A DNA stretch of 64,000 nucleotides from the human T2T-CHM13v2.0 reference genome, Homo sapiens: NCBI RefSeq assembly GCF_009914755.1, contig NC_060939.1; one strand, given 5' to 3'. A program made the position numbers and the translations under genes. Each line of letters begins with the position of its first letter. Within the stretch, counting starts at the first letter, position 1. The notes beneath the pieces were generated by a model that worked only from the letters and a program-made list of their open reading frames with translations, did not search any database and was not told where the DNA came from. Of the stretch, positions 1 through 12,900 are shown piece after piece.

Positions 1-119
1 ATTCAATTCCATTAATCTCCATTCCATTCCATTCTACTCCAACTGATTCCATTCCATTCTATTCCTTTCCATTCCATTTCATTCCATTCCATTCCATTTC
101 ATTCCATTCCGTTCCATTC

Positions 120-3100
120 GTGTCCATTCCACTCCAGTCCATTCCATTCGTGTCCATTCCATTCCAGTCCATTCCATTTGTGTCCACTGCATTCCATTCC
201 ACTCCATTCCATATTATTCCATTATACTCCATTCCATTCTATTACTTTCATTTCCATTCAATTCCATTCCATTTGATTCCATTCCACTCGGTTTCATTCC
301 ATTTGAGTCCACTCCATTCCATTCCATTCCATTCCATTCCATTCAGTTCCATTCCATTCTGTTCCATTCCATTCCGTTCCATTACATTCCATTCCATTCG
401 GTACCATTCCATATTGTTCCATTCGATTCCATTCGAATCCATTCCATTCCAGTCCATTCCATTCGATTCCATTCCATTCATTTCAATTCCATTCCATTCC
501 ATTCCATTACATTCCACTTGATTCCTCTCCATTCCCTTCCACTGCATTCCGTTCGATTCCATTCCATTGCATTGCATTCCATTCCATTGGATTGCATTCC
601 ATTCGATTCCATTCCATTCGAATCAATTACATAGCAATCCATTACATTCGAGTCTATTCTATTCAGTTCCATTCGATTTCGTTCCAATCCATTCGATTCC
701 ATTCCATTCGATTCTATTCCATACTATTGCATTCCATTCTATTACATTATATTCGAATAAGTTCCATTCAAGACCATTTCTTTTGAGTCCATTCTATTTG
801 AGTCCATTCCCTTTGATTCCATAACATTTGAGTCCATTCAATTCCATTCCTTTCGTTCCCATTCCATTTGATGCCATTCCATTCAATTCTGTTCTACTCG
901 ACTCCAATACATTCAATTCCATTCCATCCGATTCCATTACATTCTTTTCATTTCTTATCCATTTCAAGCCATTCCACTCCATTCCATTCCACTCGTTTCC
1001 TTTCCATTCGAGTCCATTCCTCTCCAGTCCATTCCGTTCAATCCATTCCATTCCAGTCCATTCCATTCGAGTCCGTTCCATTCCAGTCCACTCCATTCGA
1101 GTCAATTCCATCCCATTCGATGTCTTTCCATAACGATCCATTCCATTCTATTCCTTTCGATTCCATTCCATTCTATTTCATTCCATTCGATTCCCTTCCA
1201 TTGGACTCCTTTCCATTCGAGTGCATTCCATTCCGTTCCATTTCTTACCGTTCTGTACGATTCCTACCGTTCGATTTCATTTTGTTCCAGTCCATTCCTT
1301 TCGCGTCCATTCCATTCCATTTCACTCCATTCGATTCCATTCCACTCGATTCCACTTCGTTCCATTTCATTGCATTCCATTCTATTCAACTCTATTGCCT
1401 TCCATTCCATTCCATTCGATTACATTCCATGCGATTCCATTCGAAATCGAATCAATTACATTGCAATCCATTACTATTGAGTCCATTTTATTCCAGTCCA
1501 CTGCATTCTGGTCCATTCCATTTGATTCCATTCCATTCTATTCCATTCCATACAGTTGCATTCCATTGGATTCCATTCTATATCTATAAATTCAATTCCA
1601 GACCATTGCTTTTGAATCCATTCTATATGATTCCATTCCATTCAAGTCCATTACATTTGGTTCAATTCCATTCCATTCCATTCCCTTCCATTCCATTCCA
1701 GTTGATATCAATCCATTCGATTCCATTCCATTCGAGCACATTCCATTTGAGTCCATTCCATTCGATGCCATTCCATTTGATTCTATTCCATTAGTCTCCA
1801 TTCAATTCCATTAATCTCCATTCCATTCCATTCTACTCCAACTGATTCCATTCCATTCTATTCCTTTCCATTCCATTTCATTCCATTCCATTCCATTTCA
1901 TTCCATTCCATTCCATTCGCTTCCATTCCATTCGTGTCCATTCCACTCCAGTCCATTCCATTCGTGTCCATTCCATTCCAGTCCATTCCATTTGTGTCCA
2001 CTGCATTCCATTCCACTCCATTCCATATTATTCCATTACACTCCATTCCATTCTATTACTTTCATTTCCATTCAATTCCATTCCATTTGATTCCATTCCA
2101 CTCGGTTTCATTCCATTTGAGTCCACTCCATTCCATTCCATTCCATTCCATTCAGTTCCATTCCATTCTGTTCCATTCCATTCCGTTCCATTGCATTCCA
2201 TTCCATTCGGTACCATTCCATATTGTTCCATTCGATTCCATTCGAATCCATTCCATTCCAGTCCATTCCATTCGATTCCATTCCATTCCTTTCAATTCCA
2301 TTCCATTCCATTCCATTCCACTTGATTCCACTCCATTCCCTTCCACTGCATTCCATTCGATTCCATTCCATTGCATTGCATTCCATTCCATTGGACTGCA
2401 TTCCATTCGATTCCATTCCATTCGAATCAATTACATAGCAATCCATTACATTCGAGTCTGTTCTATTCCGTTCCATTCGATTTCGTTCCAATCCATTCGA
2501 TTCCATTCCATTCGATTCCATTCCATACTATTGCATTCCATTCGATTACATTATATTCGAATAAGTTCCATTCAAGACCATTTCTTTTGAGTCCATTCTA
2601 TTTGAGTCCATTCCCTTTGATTCCATAACATTTGAGTCCATTCAATTCCATTCCTTTCGTTTCCATTCCATTTGATGCCATTCCATTCAATTCTGTTCTA
2701 CTCGACTCCAATACATTCAATTCCATTCCATCCGATTCCATTACATTCTTTTCATTTCTTATCCATTTCACGCCATTCCACTCCATTCCATTCCACTCGT
2801 TTCCTTTCCATTCGAGTCAATTCCTCTCCAGTCCATTCCGTTCAATCCATTCCATTCCAGTCCATTCCATTCGAGTCCGTTCCATTCCAGTCCACTCCAT
2901 TCGAGTCAATTCCATTCCATTCGATGTCTTTCCATAACGATCCATTCCATTCTATTCCTTTCGATTCCATTCCATTCTATTTCATTCCATTCGATTCCCT
3001 TCCATTGGACTCCTTTCCATTCGAGTGCATTCCATTCCGTTCCATTTCTTTCCGTTCTGTACGATTCCTACCGTTCGATTTCATTTTGTTCCAGTCCATT

Positions 3101-6100
3101 CCTTTCGCGTCCATTCCATTCCATTTCACTCCATTCGATTCCATTCCACTCGATTCCACTTCGTTCCATTTCATTGCATTCCATTCTATTCAACTCTATT
3201 GCCTTCCATTCCATTCCATTCGATTACATTCCATGCGATTCCATTCGAAATCGAATCAATTACATTGCAATCTATTACTATTGAGTCCGTTTTATTCCAG
3301 TCCACTGCATTCTGGTCCATTCCATTTGATTCCATTCCATTCTATTCCATTCCATACAGTTGCATTCCATTGGATTCCATTGTATATCTATAAATTCAAT
3401 TCGAGACCATTGCTTTTGAGTCCATTCTATATGATTCCATTCCATTCAAGTCCATTACATTTGGTTCAATTCCATTCCATTCCATTCCCTTCCATTCCAT
3501 TCCAGTTGATATCAATCCATTCGATTCCATTCCATTCGAGCACATTCCATTCGAGTCCATTCCATTCGATGCCATTCCATTTGATTCTATTCCATTAGTC
3601 TCCATTCAATTCCATTAATCTCCATTCCATTCCATTCTACTCCAACTGATTCCATTCCATTCTATTCCTTTCCATTCCATTTCATTCCATTCCATTCCAT
3701 TTCATTCCATTCCATTTCATTCGTGTCCATTCCACTCCAGTCGATTCCATTCGTGTCCATTCCATTCCAGTCCATTCCATTTGTGTCCACTGCATTCCAT
3801 TCCACTCCATTCCATATTATTCCATTATACTCCATTCCATTCTATTACTTTCATTTCCATTCAATTCCATTCCATTTGATTCCATTCCACTCGGTTTCAT
3901 TCCATTTGAGTCCACTCCATTCCATTCCATTCCATTCCATTCCATTCAGTTCCATTCCATTCTGTTCCATTCCATTCCGTTCCATTACATTCCATTCCAT
4001 TCGGTACCATTCCATATTGTTCCATTCGATTCCATTCGAATCCATTCCATTCCAGTCCATTCCATTCGATTCCATTCCATTCATTTCAATTCCATTCCAT
4101 TCCATTCCATTACATTCCACTTGATTCCTCTCCATTCCCTTCCACTGCATTCCGTTCGATTCCATTCCATTGCATTGCATTCCATTCCATTGGATTGCAT
4201 TCCATTCGATTCCATTCCATTCGAATCAATTACATAGCAATCCATTACATTCGAGTCTATTCTATTCAGTTCCATTCGATTTCGTTCCAATCCATTCGAT
4301 TCCATTCCATTCGATTCTATTCCATACTATTGCATTCCATTCTATTACATTATATTCGAATAAGTTCCATTCAAGACCATTTCTTTTGAGTCCATTCTAT
4401 TTGAGTCCATTCCCTTTGATTCCATAACATTTGAGTCCATTCAATTCCATTCCTTTCGTTCCCATTCCATTTGATGCCATTCCATTCAATTCTGTTCTAC
4501 TCGACTCCAATACATTCAATTCCATTCCATCCGATTCCATTACATTCTTTTCATTTCTTATCCATTTCAAGCCATTCCACTCCATTCCATTCCACTCGTT
4601 TCCTTTCCATTCGAGTCCATTCCTCTCCAGTCCATTCCGTTCAATCCATTCCATTCCAGTCCATTCCATTCGAGTCCGTTCCATTCCAGTCCACTCCATT
4701 CGAGTCAATTCCATCCCATTCGATGTCTTTCCATAACGATCCATTCCATTCTATTCCTTTCGATTCCATTCCATTCTATTTCATTCCATTCGATTCCCTT
4801 CCATTGGACTCCTTTCCATTCGAGTGCATTCCATTCCGTTCCATTTCTTACCGTTCTGTACGATTCCTACCGTTCGATTTCATTTTGTTCCAGTCCATTC
4901 CTTTCGCGTCCATTCCATTCCATTTCACTCCATTCGATTCCATTCCACTCGATTCCACTTCGTTCCATTTCATTGCATTCCATTCTATTCAACTCTATTG
5001 CCTTCCATTCCATTCCATTCGATTACATTCCATGCGATTCCATTCGAAATCGAATCAATTACATTGCAATCCATTACTATTGAGTCCATTTTATTCCAGT
5101 CCACTGCATTCTGGTCCATTCCATTTGATTCCATTCCATTCTATTCCATTCCATACAGTTGCATTCCATTGGATTCCATTCTATATCTATAAATTCAATT
5201 CGAGACCATTGCTTTTGAATCCATTCTATATGATTCCATTCCATTCAAGTCCATTACATTTGGTTCAATTCCATTCCATTCCATTCCCTTCCATTCCATT
5301 CCAGTTGATATCAATCCATTCGATTCCATTCCATTCGAGCACATTCCATTTGAGTCCATTCCATTCGATGCCATTCCATTTGATTCTATTCCATTAGTCT
5401 CCATTCAATTCCATTAATCTCCATTCCATTCCATTCTACTCCAACTGATTCCATTCCATTCTATTCCTTTCCATTCCATTTCATTCCATTCCATTCCATT
5501 TCATTCCATTCCATTCCATTCGCTTCCATTCCATTCGTGTCCATTCCACTCCAGTCCATTCCATTCGTGTCCATTCCATTCCAGTCCATTCCATTTGTGT
5601 CCACTGCATTCCATTCCACTCCATTCCATATTATTCCATTACACTCCCTTCCATTCTATTACTTTCATTTCCATTCAATTCCATTCCATTTGATTCCATT
5701 CCACTCGGTTTCATTCCATTTGAGTCCACTCCATTCCATTCCATTCCATTCCATTCAGTTCCATTCCATTCTGTTCCATTCCATTCCGTTCCATTGCATT
5801 CCATTCCATTCGGTACCATTCCATATTGTTCCATTCGATTCCATTCGAATCCATTCCATTCCAGTCCATTCCATTCGATTCCATTCCATTCCTTTCAATT
5901 CCATTCCATTCCATTCCATTCCACTTGATTCCACTCCATTCCCTTCCACTGCATTCCATTCGATTCCATTCCATTGCATTGCATTCCATTCCATTGGACT
6001 GCATTCCATTCGATTCCATTCCATTCGAATCAATTACATAGCAATCCATTACATTCGAGTCTATTCTATTACGTTCCATTCGATTTCGTTCCAATCCATT
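120..6100 (+). repeat. Recent two-unit tandem duplication, period 3,603 bp (boundaries approximate)
   Basis: Private variants recur 3,603 bp apart: ATTATACTCC (~221/~3824), CTATTCAGTT (~660/~4262), CGTTCCC (~855/~4458), TTCTTACCG (~1242/~4845). The ORF sets at 120/3723 and 1934/5537 are near-identical. Confidence 0.88.
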
Positions 6101-6999
6101 CGATTCCATTCCATTCGATTCCATTCCATACTATTGCATTCCATTCTATTACATTATATTCGAATAAGTTCCATTCAAGACCATTTCTTTTGAGTCCATT
6201 CTATTTGAGTCCATTCCCTTTGATTCCATAACATTTGAGTCCATTCAATTCCATTCCTTTCGTTTCCATTCCATTTGATGCCATTCCATTCAATTCTGTT
6301 CTACTCGACTCCAATACATTCAATTCCATTCCATCCGATTCCATTACATTCTTTTCATTTCTTATCCATTTCAAGCCATTCCACTCCATTCCATTCCACT
6401 CGTTTCCTTTCCATTCGAGTCCATTCCTCTCCAGTCCATTCCGTTCAATCCATTCCATTCCAGTCCATTCCATTCGAGTCCGTTCCATTCCAGTCCATTC
6501 CATTCGAGTCAATTCCATTCCATTCGATGTCTTTCCATAACGATCCATTCCATTCTATTCCTTTCGATTCCATTCCATTCTATTTCATTCCATTCGATTC
6601 CCTTCCATTGGACTCCTTTCCATTCGAGTGCATTCCATTCCGTTCCATTTCTTTCCGTTCTGTACGATTCCTACCGTTCGATTTCATTTTGTTCCAGTCC
6701 ATTCCTTTCGCGTCCATTCCATTCCATTTCACTCCATTCGATTCCATTCCACTCGATTCCACTTCGTTCCATTTCATTGCATTCCATTCTATTCAACTCT
6801 ATTGCCTTCCATTCCATTCCATTCGATTACATTCCATGCGATTCCATTCGAAATCGAATCAATTACATTGCAATCCATTACTATTGAGTCCGTTTTATTC
6901 CAGTCCACTGCATTCTGGTCCATTCCATTTGATTCCATTCCATTCTATTCCATTCCATACAGTTGCATTCCATTGGATTCCATTCTATATCTATAAATT

Positions 7000-9900
7000 C
7001 AATTCGAGACCATTGCTTTTGAATCCATTCCATATGATTCCATTCCATTCAAGTCCATTACATTTGGTTCAATTCCATTCCATTCCATTCCCTTCCATTC
7101 CATTCCAGTTGATATCAATCCATTCGATTCCATTCCATTCGAGCACATTCCATTCGAGTCCATTCCATTCGATGCCATTCCATTTGATTCTATTCCATTA
7201 GTCTCCATTCAATTCCATTAATCTCCATTCCATTCCATTCTACTCCAACTGATTCCATTCCATTCTATTCCTTTCCATTCCATTTCATTCCATTCCATTC
7301 CATTTCATTCCATTCCATTCCATTCGTGTCCATTCCACTCCAGTGCATTCCATTCGTGTCCATTCCATTCCAGTCCATTCCATTTGTGTCCACTGCATTC
7401 CATTCCACTCCATTCCATATTATTCCATTACACTCCATTCCATTCTATTACTTTCATTTCCATTCAATTCCAGTCCATTTGATTCCATTCCACTCGGTTT
7501 CATTCCATTTGAGTCCACTCCATTCCATTCCATTCCATTCAGTTCCATTCCATTCTGTTCCATTCCATTCCGTTCCATTACATTCCATTCCATTCGGTAC
7601 CATTCCATATTGTTCCATTCGATTCCATTCGAATCCATTCCATTCCAGTCCATTCCATTCGATACCATTCCATTCATTTCAATTCCATTCCATTCCATTC
7701 CATTCCATTCCACTTGATTCCTCTCCATTCCCTTCCACTGCATTCCGTTCGATTCCATTCCATTGCATTGCATTCCATTCCATTGGATTGCATTCCATTC
7801 GATTCCATTCCATTCGAATCAATTACATAGCAATCCATTACATTCGAGTCTATTCTATTCCGTTCCATTCGATTTCGTTCCAATCCATTCGATTCCATTC
7901 CATTCGATTCCATTCCATACTATTGCATTCCATTCGATTACATTATATTCGAATAAGTTCCATTCAAGACCATTTCTTTTGAGTCCATTCTATTTGAGTC
8001 CATTCCCTTTGATTCCATAACATTTGAGTCCATTCAATTCCATTCCTTTCGTTTCCATTCCATTTGATGCCATTCCATTCAATTCTGTTCTACTCGACTC
8101 CAATACATTCAATTCCATTCCATCCGATTCCATTACATTCTTTTCATTTCTTATCCATTTCAAGCCATTCCACTCCATTCCATTCCACTCGTTTCCTTTC
8201 CATTCGAGTCCATTCCTCTCCAGTCCATTCCGTTCAATCCATTCCATTCCAGTCCATTCCATTCGAGTCCGTTCCATTCCAGTCCATTCCATTCGAGTCA
8301 ATTCCATTCCATTCGATGTCTTTCCATAACGATCCATTCCATTCTATTCCTTTCGATTCCATTCCATTCTATTTCATTCCATTCGATTCCCTTCCATTGG
8401 ACTCCTTTCCATTCGAGTGCATTCCATTCCGTTCCATTTCTTTCCGTTCTGTACGATTCCTACCGTTCGATTTCATTTTGTTCCAGTTCATTCCTTTCGC
8501 GTCCATTCCATTCCATTTCACTCCATTCGATTCCATTCCCCTCGATTCCACTTCGTTCCATTTCATTGCATTCCATTCTATTCAACTCTATTGCCTTCCA
8601 TTCCATTCCATTCGATTACATTCCATGCGATTCCATTCGAAATCGAATCAATTACATTGCAATCCATTACTATTGAGTCCATTTTATTCCAGTCCACTGC
8701 ATTCTGGTCCATTCCATTTGATTCCATTCCATTCTATTCCATTCCATACAGTTGCATTCCATTGGATTCCATTCTATATCTTTAAATTCAATTCGAGACC
8801 ATTGCTTTTGAGTCCATTCTATATGATTCCATTCCATTCAAGTCCATTACATTTGGTTCAATTCCATTCCATTCCATTCCCTTCCATTCCATTCCAGTTG
8901 ATATCAATCCATTCGATTCCATTCCATTCGAGCACATTCCATTCGAGTCCATTCCATTCGATGCCATTCCATTTGATTCTATTCCATTAGTCTCCATTCA
9001 ATTCCATTAATCTCCATTCCATTCCATTCTACTCCAACTGATTCCATTCCATTCTATTCCTTTCCATTCCATTTCATTCCATTCCATTCCATTTCATTCC
9101 ATTCCATTCCATTCCATTCCATTCCATTCGCTTCCATTCCATTCGTGTCCATTCCATTCCAGTCCATTCCATTTGTGTCCACTGCATTCCATTCCACTCC
9201 ATTCCATATTATTCCATTACACTCCATTCCATTCTATTACTTTCATTTCCATTCAATTCCATTCCATTTGATTCCATTCCACTCGGTTTCATTCCATTTG
9301 AGTCCACTCCATTCCATTCCATTCCATTCCATTCAGTTCCATTCCATTCTGTTCCATTCCATTCCGTTCCATTACATTCCATTCCATTCGGTACCATTCC
9401 ATATTGTTCCATTCGATTCCATTCGAATCCATTCCATTCCAGTCCATTCCATTCGATTCCATTCCATTCATTTCAATTCCATTCCATTCCATTCCATTAC
9501 ATTCCACTTGATTCCTCTCCATTCCCTTCCACTGCATTCCGTTCGATTCCATTCCATTGCATTGCATTCCATTCCATTGGATTGCATTCCATTCGATTCC
9601 ATTCCATTCGAATCAATTACATAGCAATCCATTACATTCGAGTCTATTCTCTTCCGTTCCATTCGATTTCGTTCCAATCCATTCGATTCCATTCCATTCG
9701 ATTCCATTCCATACTATTGCATTCCATTCGATTACATTATATTCGAATAAGTTCCATTCAAGACCATTTCTTTTGAGTCCATTCTATTTGAGTCCATTCC
9801 CTTTGATTCCATAACATTTGAGTCCATTCAATTCCATTCCTTTCGTTTCCATTCCATTTGATGCCATTCCATTCAATTCTGTTCTACTCGACTCCAATAC

Positions 9901-12900
9901 ATTCAATTCCATTCCATCCGATTCCATTACATTCTTTTCATTTCTTATCCATTTCAAGCCATTCCACTCCATTCCATTCCACTCGTTTCCTTTCCATTCG
10001 AGTCCATTCCTCTCCAGTCCATTCCGTTCAATCCATTCCATTCCAGTCCATTCCATTCGAGTCCGTTCCATTCCAGTCCATTCCATTCGAGTCAATTCCA
10101 TTCCATTCGATGTCTTTCCATAACGATCCATTCCATTCTATTCCTTTCGATTCCATTCCATTCTATTTCATTCCATTCGATTCCCTTCCATTGGACTCCT
10201 TTCCATTCGAGTGCATTCCATTCCGTTCCATTTCTTTCCGTTCTGTACGATTCCTACCGTTCAATTTCATTTTGTTCCAGTCCATTCCTTTCGCGTCCAT
10301 TCCATTCCATTTCACTCCATTCGATTCCATTCCACTCGATTCCACTTCGTTCCATTTCATTGCATTCCATTCTATTCACTCTATTGCCTTCCATTCCATT
10401 CCATTCGATTACATTCCATGCGATTCCATTCGAAATCGAATCAATTACATTGCAATCCATTACTATTGAGTCCGTTTTATTCCAGTCCACTGCATTCTGG
10501 TCCATTCCATTTCATTCCACTCCATTCTATTCCATTCCATACAGTTGCATTCCATTGGATTCCATGCTATATCTATAAATTCAATTCGAGACCATTGCTT
10601 TTGAGTCCATTCTATATGATTCCATTTCATTCAAGTCCATTACATTTGGTTCAATTCCATTCCAGTCCATTCCCTTCCATTCCATTCCATTTGATATCAA
10701 TCCATTCGATTCCATTCCATTCGAGCACATTCCATTCGAGTCCATTCCATTCGATGCCATTCCATTTGATTCTATTCCATTAGTCTCCATTCAATTCCAT
10801 TAATCTCCATTCCATTCCATTCTACTCCAACTGATTCCATTCCATTCTATTCCTTTCCATTCCATTTCACTCCATTCCATTCCATTTCATTCCATTCCAT
10901 TCCATTCGTGTCCATTCCACTCCAGTCCATTCCATTCGTGTCCATTCCATTCCAGTCCATTCCATTTGTGTCCACTGCATTCCATTCCACTCCATTCCAT
11001 ATTATTCCATTACACTCCATTCCATTCTATTACTTTCATTTCCATTCAATTCCATTCCATTTGATTCCATTCCACTCGAATTCATTCCATTTGAGTCCAC
11101 TCCATTCCATTCCATTCCATTCCATTCAGTTCCATTCCATTCTGTTCCATTCCATTCCGTTCCATTGCATTCCATTCCATTCGGTACCATTCCATATTGT
11201 TCCATTCGATTCCATTCGAATCCATTCCATTCCAGTCCATTCCATTCGATTCCATTCCATTCATTTCAATTCCATTCCATTCCATTCCATTCCGCTTGAT
11301 TCCACTCCATTCCCTTCCACTGCATTCCATTGCATTGCATTCCATTCCATTGGATTGCATTCCATTCGATTCCATTCCATTCGAATCAATTACATAGCAA
11401 TCCATTACATTCGAGTCTATTCTCTTCCGTTCCATTCGATTTCGTTCCAATCCATTCGATTCCATTCCATTCGATTCCATTCCATACTATTGCATTCCAT
11501 TCGATTACATTATATTCGAATAAGTTCCATTCAAGACCATTTCTTTTGAGTCCATTCTATTTGAGTCCATTCCCTTTGATTCCATAACATTTGAGTCCAT
11601 TCAATTCCATTCCTTTCGTTTCCATTCCATTTGATGCCATTCCATTCAATTCTGTTCTACTCGACTCCAATACATTCAATTCCATTCCATCCGATTCCAT
11701 TACATTCTTTTCATTTCTTATCCATTTCAAGCCATTCCACTCCATTCCATTCCACTCGTTTCCTTTCCATTCGAGTCCATTCCTCTCCAGTCCATTCCGT
11801 TCAATCCATTCCATTCCAGTCCATTCCATTCGAGTCCGTTCCATTCCAGTCCACTCCATTCGAGTCAATTCCATTCCATTCGATGTCTTTCCATAACGAT
11901 CCATTCCATTCTATTCCTTTCGATTCCATTCCATTCTATTTCATTCCATTCGATTCCCTTCCATTGGACTCCTTTCCATTCGAGTGCATTCCATTCCGTT
12001 CCATTTCTTTCCGTTCTGTACGATTCCTACCGTTCGATTTCATTTTGTTCCAGTCCATTCCTTTCGCGTCCATTCCATTCCATTTCACTCCATTCGATTC
12101 CATTCCACTCGATTCCACTTCGTTCCATTTCATTGCATTCCATTCTATTCAACTCTATTGCCTTCCATTCCATTCCATTCGATTACATTCCATGCGATTC
12201 CATTCGAAATCGAATCAATTACATTGCAATCCATTACTATTGAGTCCGTTTTATTCCAGTCCACTGCATTCTGGTCCATTCCATTTGATTCCATTCCATT
12301 CTATTCCATTCCATACAGTTGCATTCCATTGGATTCAATTCTATATCTATAAATTCAATTCGAGACCATTGCTTTTGAATCCATTCCATATGATTCCATT
12401 CCATTCAAGTCCATTACATTTGGTTCAATTCCATTCCATTCCATTCCCTTCCATTCCATTCCAGTTGATATCAATCCATTCGATTCCATTCCATTCGAGC
12501 ACATTCCATTCGAGTCCATTCCATTCGATGCCATTCCATTTGATTCTATTCCATTAGTCTCCATTCAATTCCATTAATCTCCATTCCATTCCATTCTACT
12601 CCAACTGATTCCATTCCATTCTATTCCTTTCCATTCCATTTCATTCCATTCCATTTCATTTCATTCCATTCCATTCCATTCGTGTCCATTCCACTCCAGT
12701 GCATTCCATTCGTGTCCATTCCATTCCAGTCCATTCCATTTGTGTCCACTGCATTCCATTCCACTCCATTCCATATTATTCCATTACACTCCATTCCATT
12801 CTATCACTTTCATTTCCATTCAATTCCATTCCATTTGATTCCATTCCACTCGGTTTCATTCCATTTGAGTCCACTCCATTCCATTCCATTCCATTCAGTT

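Noticed and set aside
248-1141. Minus-strand MEWNG-repeat ORFs
   Set aside because: Direct translation of (GGAAT)n; a well-known source of spurious predicted proteins.
1579-1592. TATA-like TATATCTATAAA in each intact unit
   Set aside because: Explained as a diverged in-phase pentamer stretch paralogous to ATATTCGAATAAG in the other half-unit; no other promoter evidence.
868-1794. Recurring 308-aa ORF, and all other + strand ORFs rich in IPFHS
   Set aside because: The CATTC pentamer has no stop codon in any frame, so long ORFs are expected. The product is low-complexity, and copies are freely broken by frameshifts and stops (e.g. those starting at 9858, 16988, 27755, 50571, 57766).
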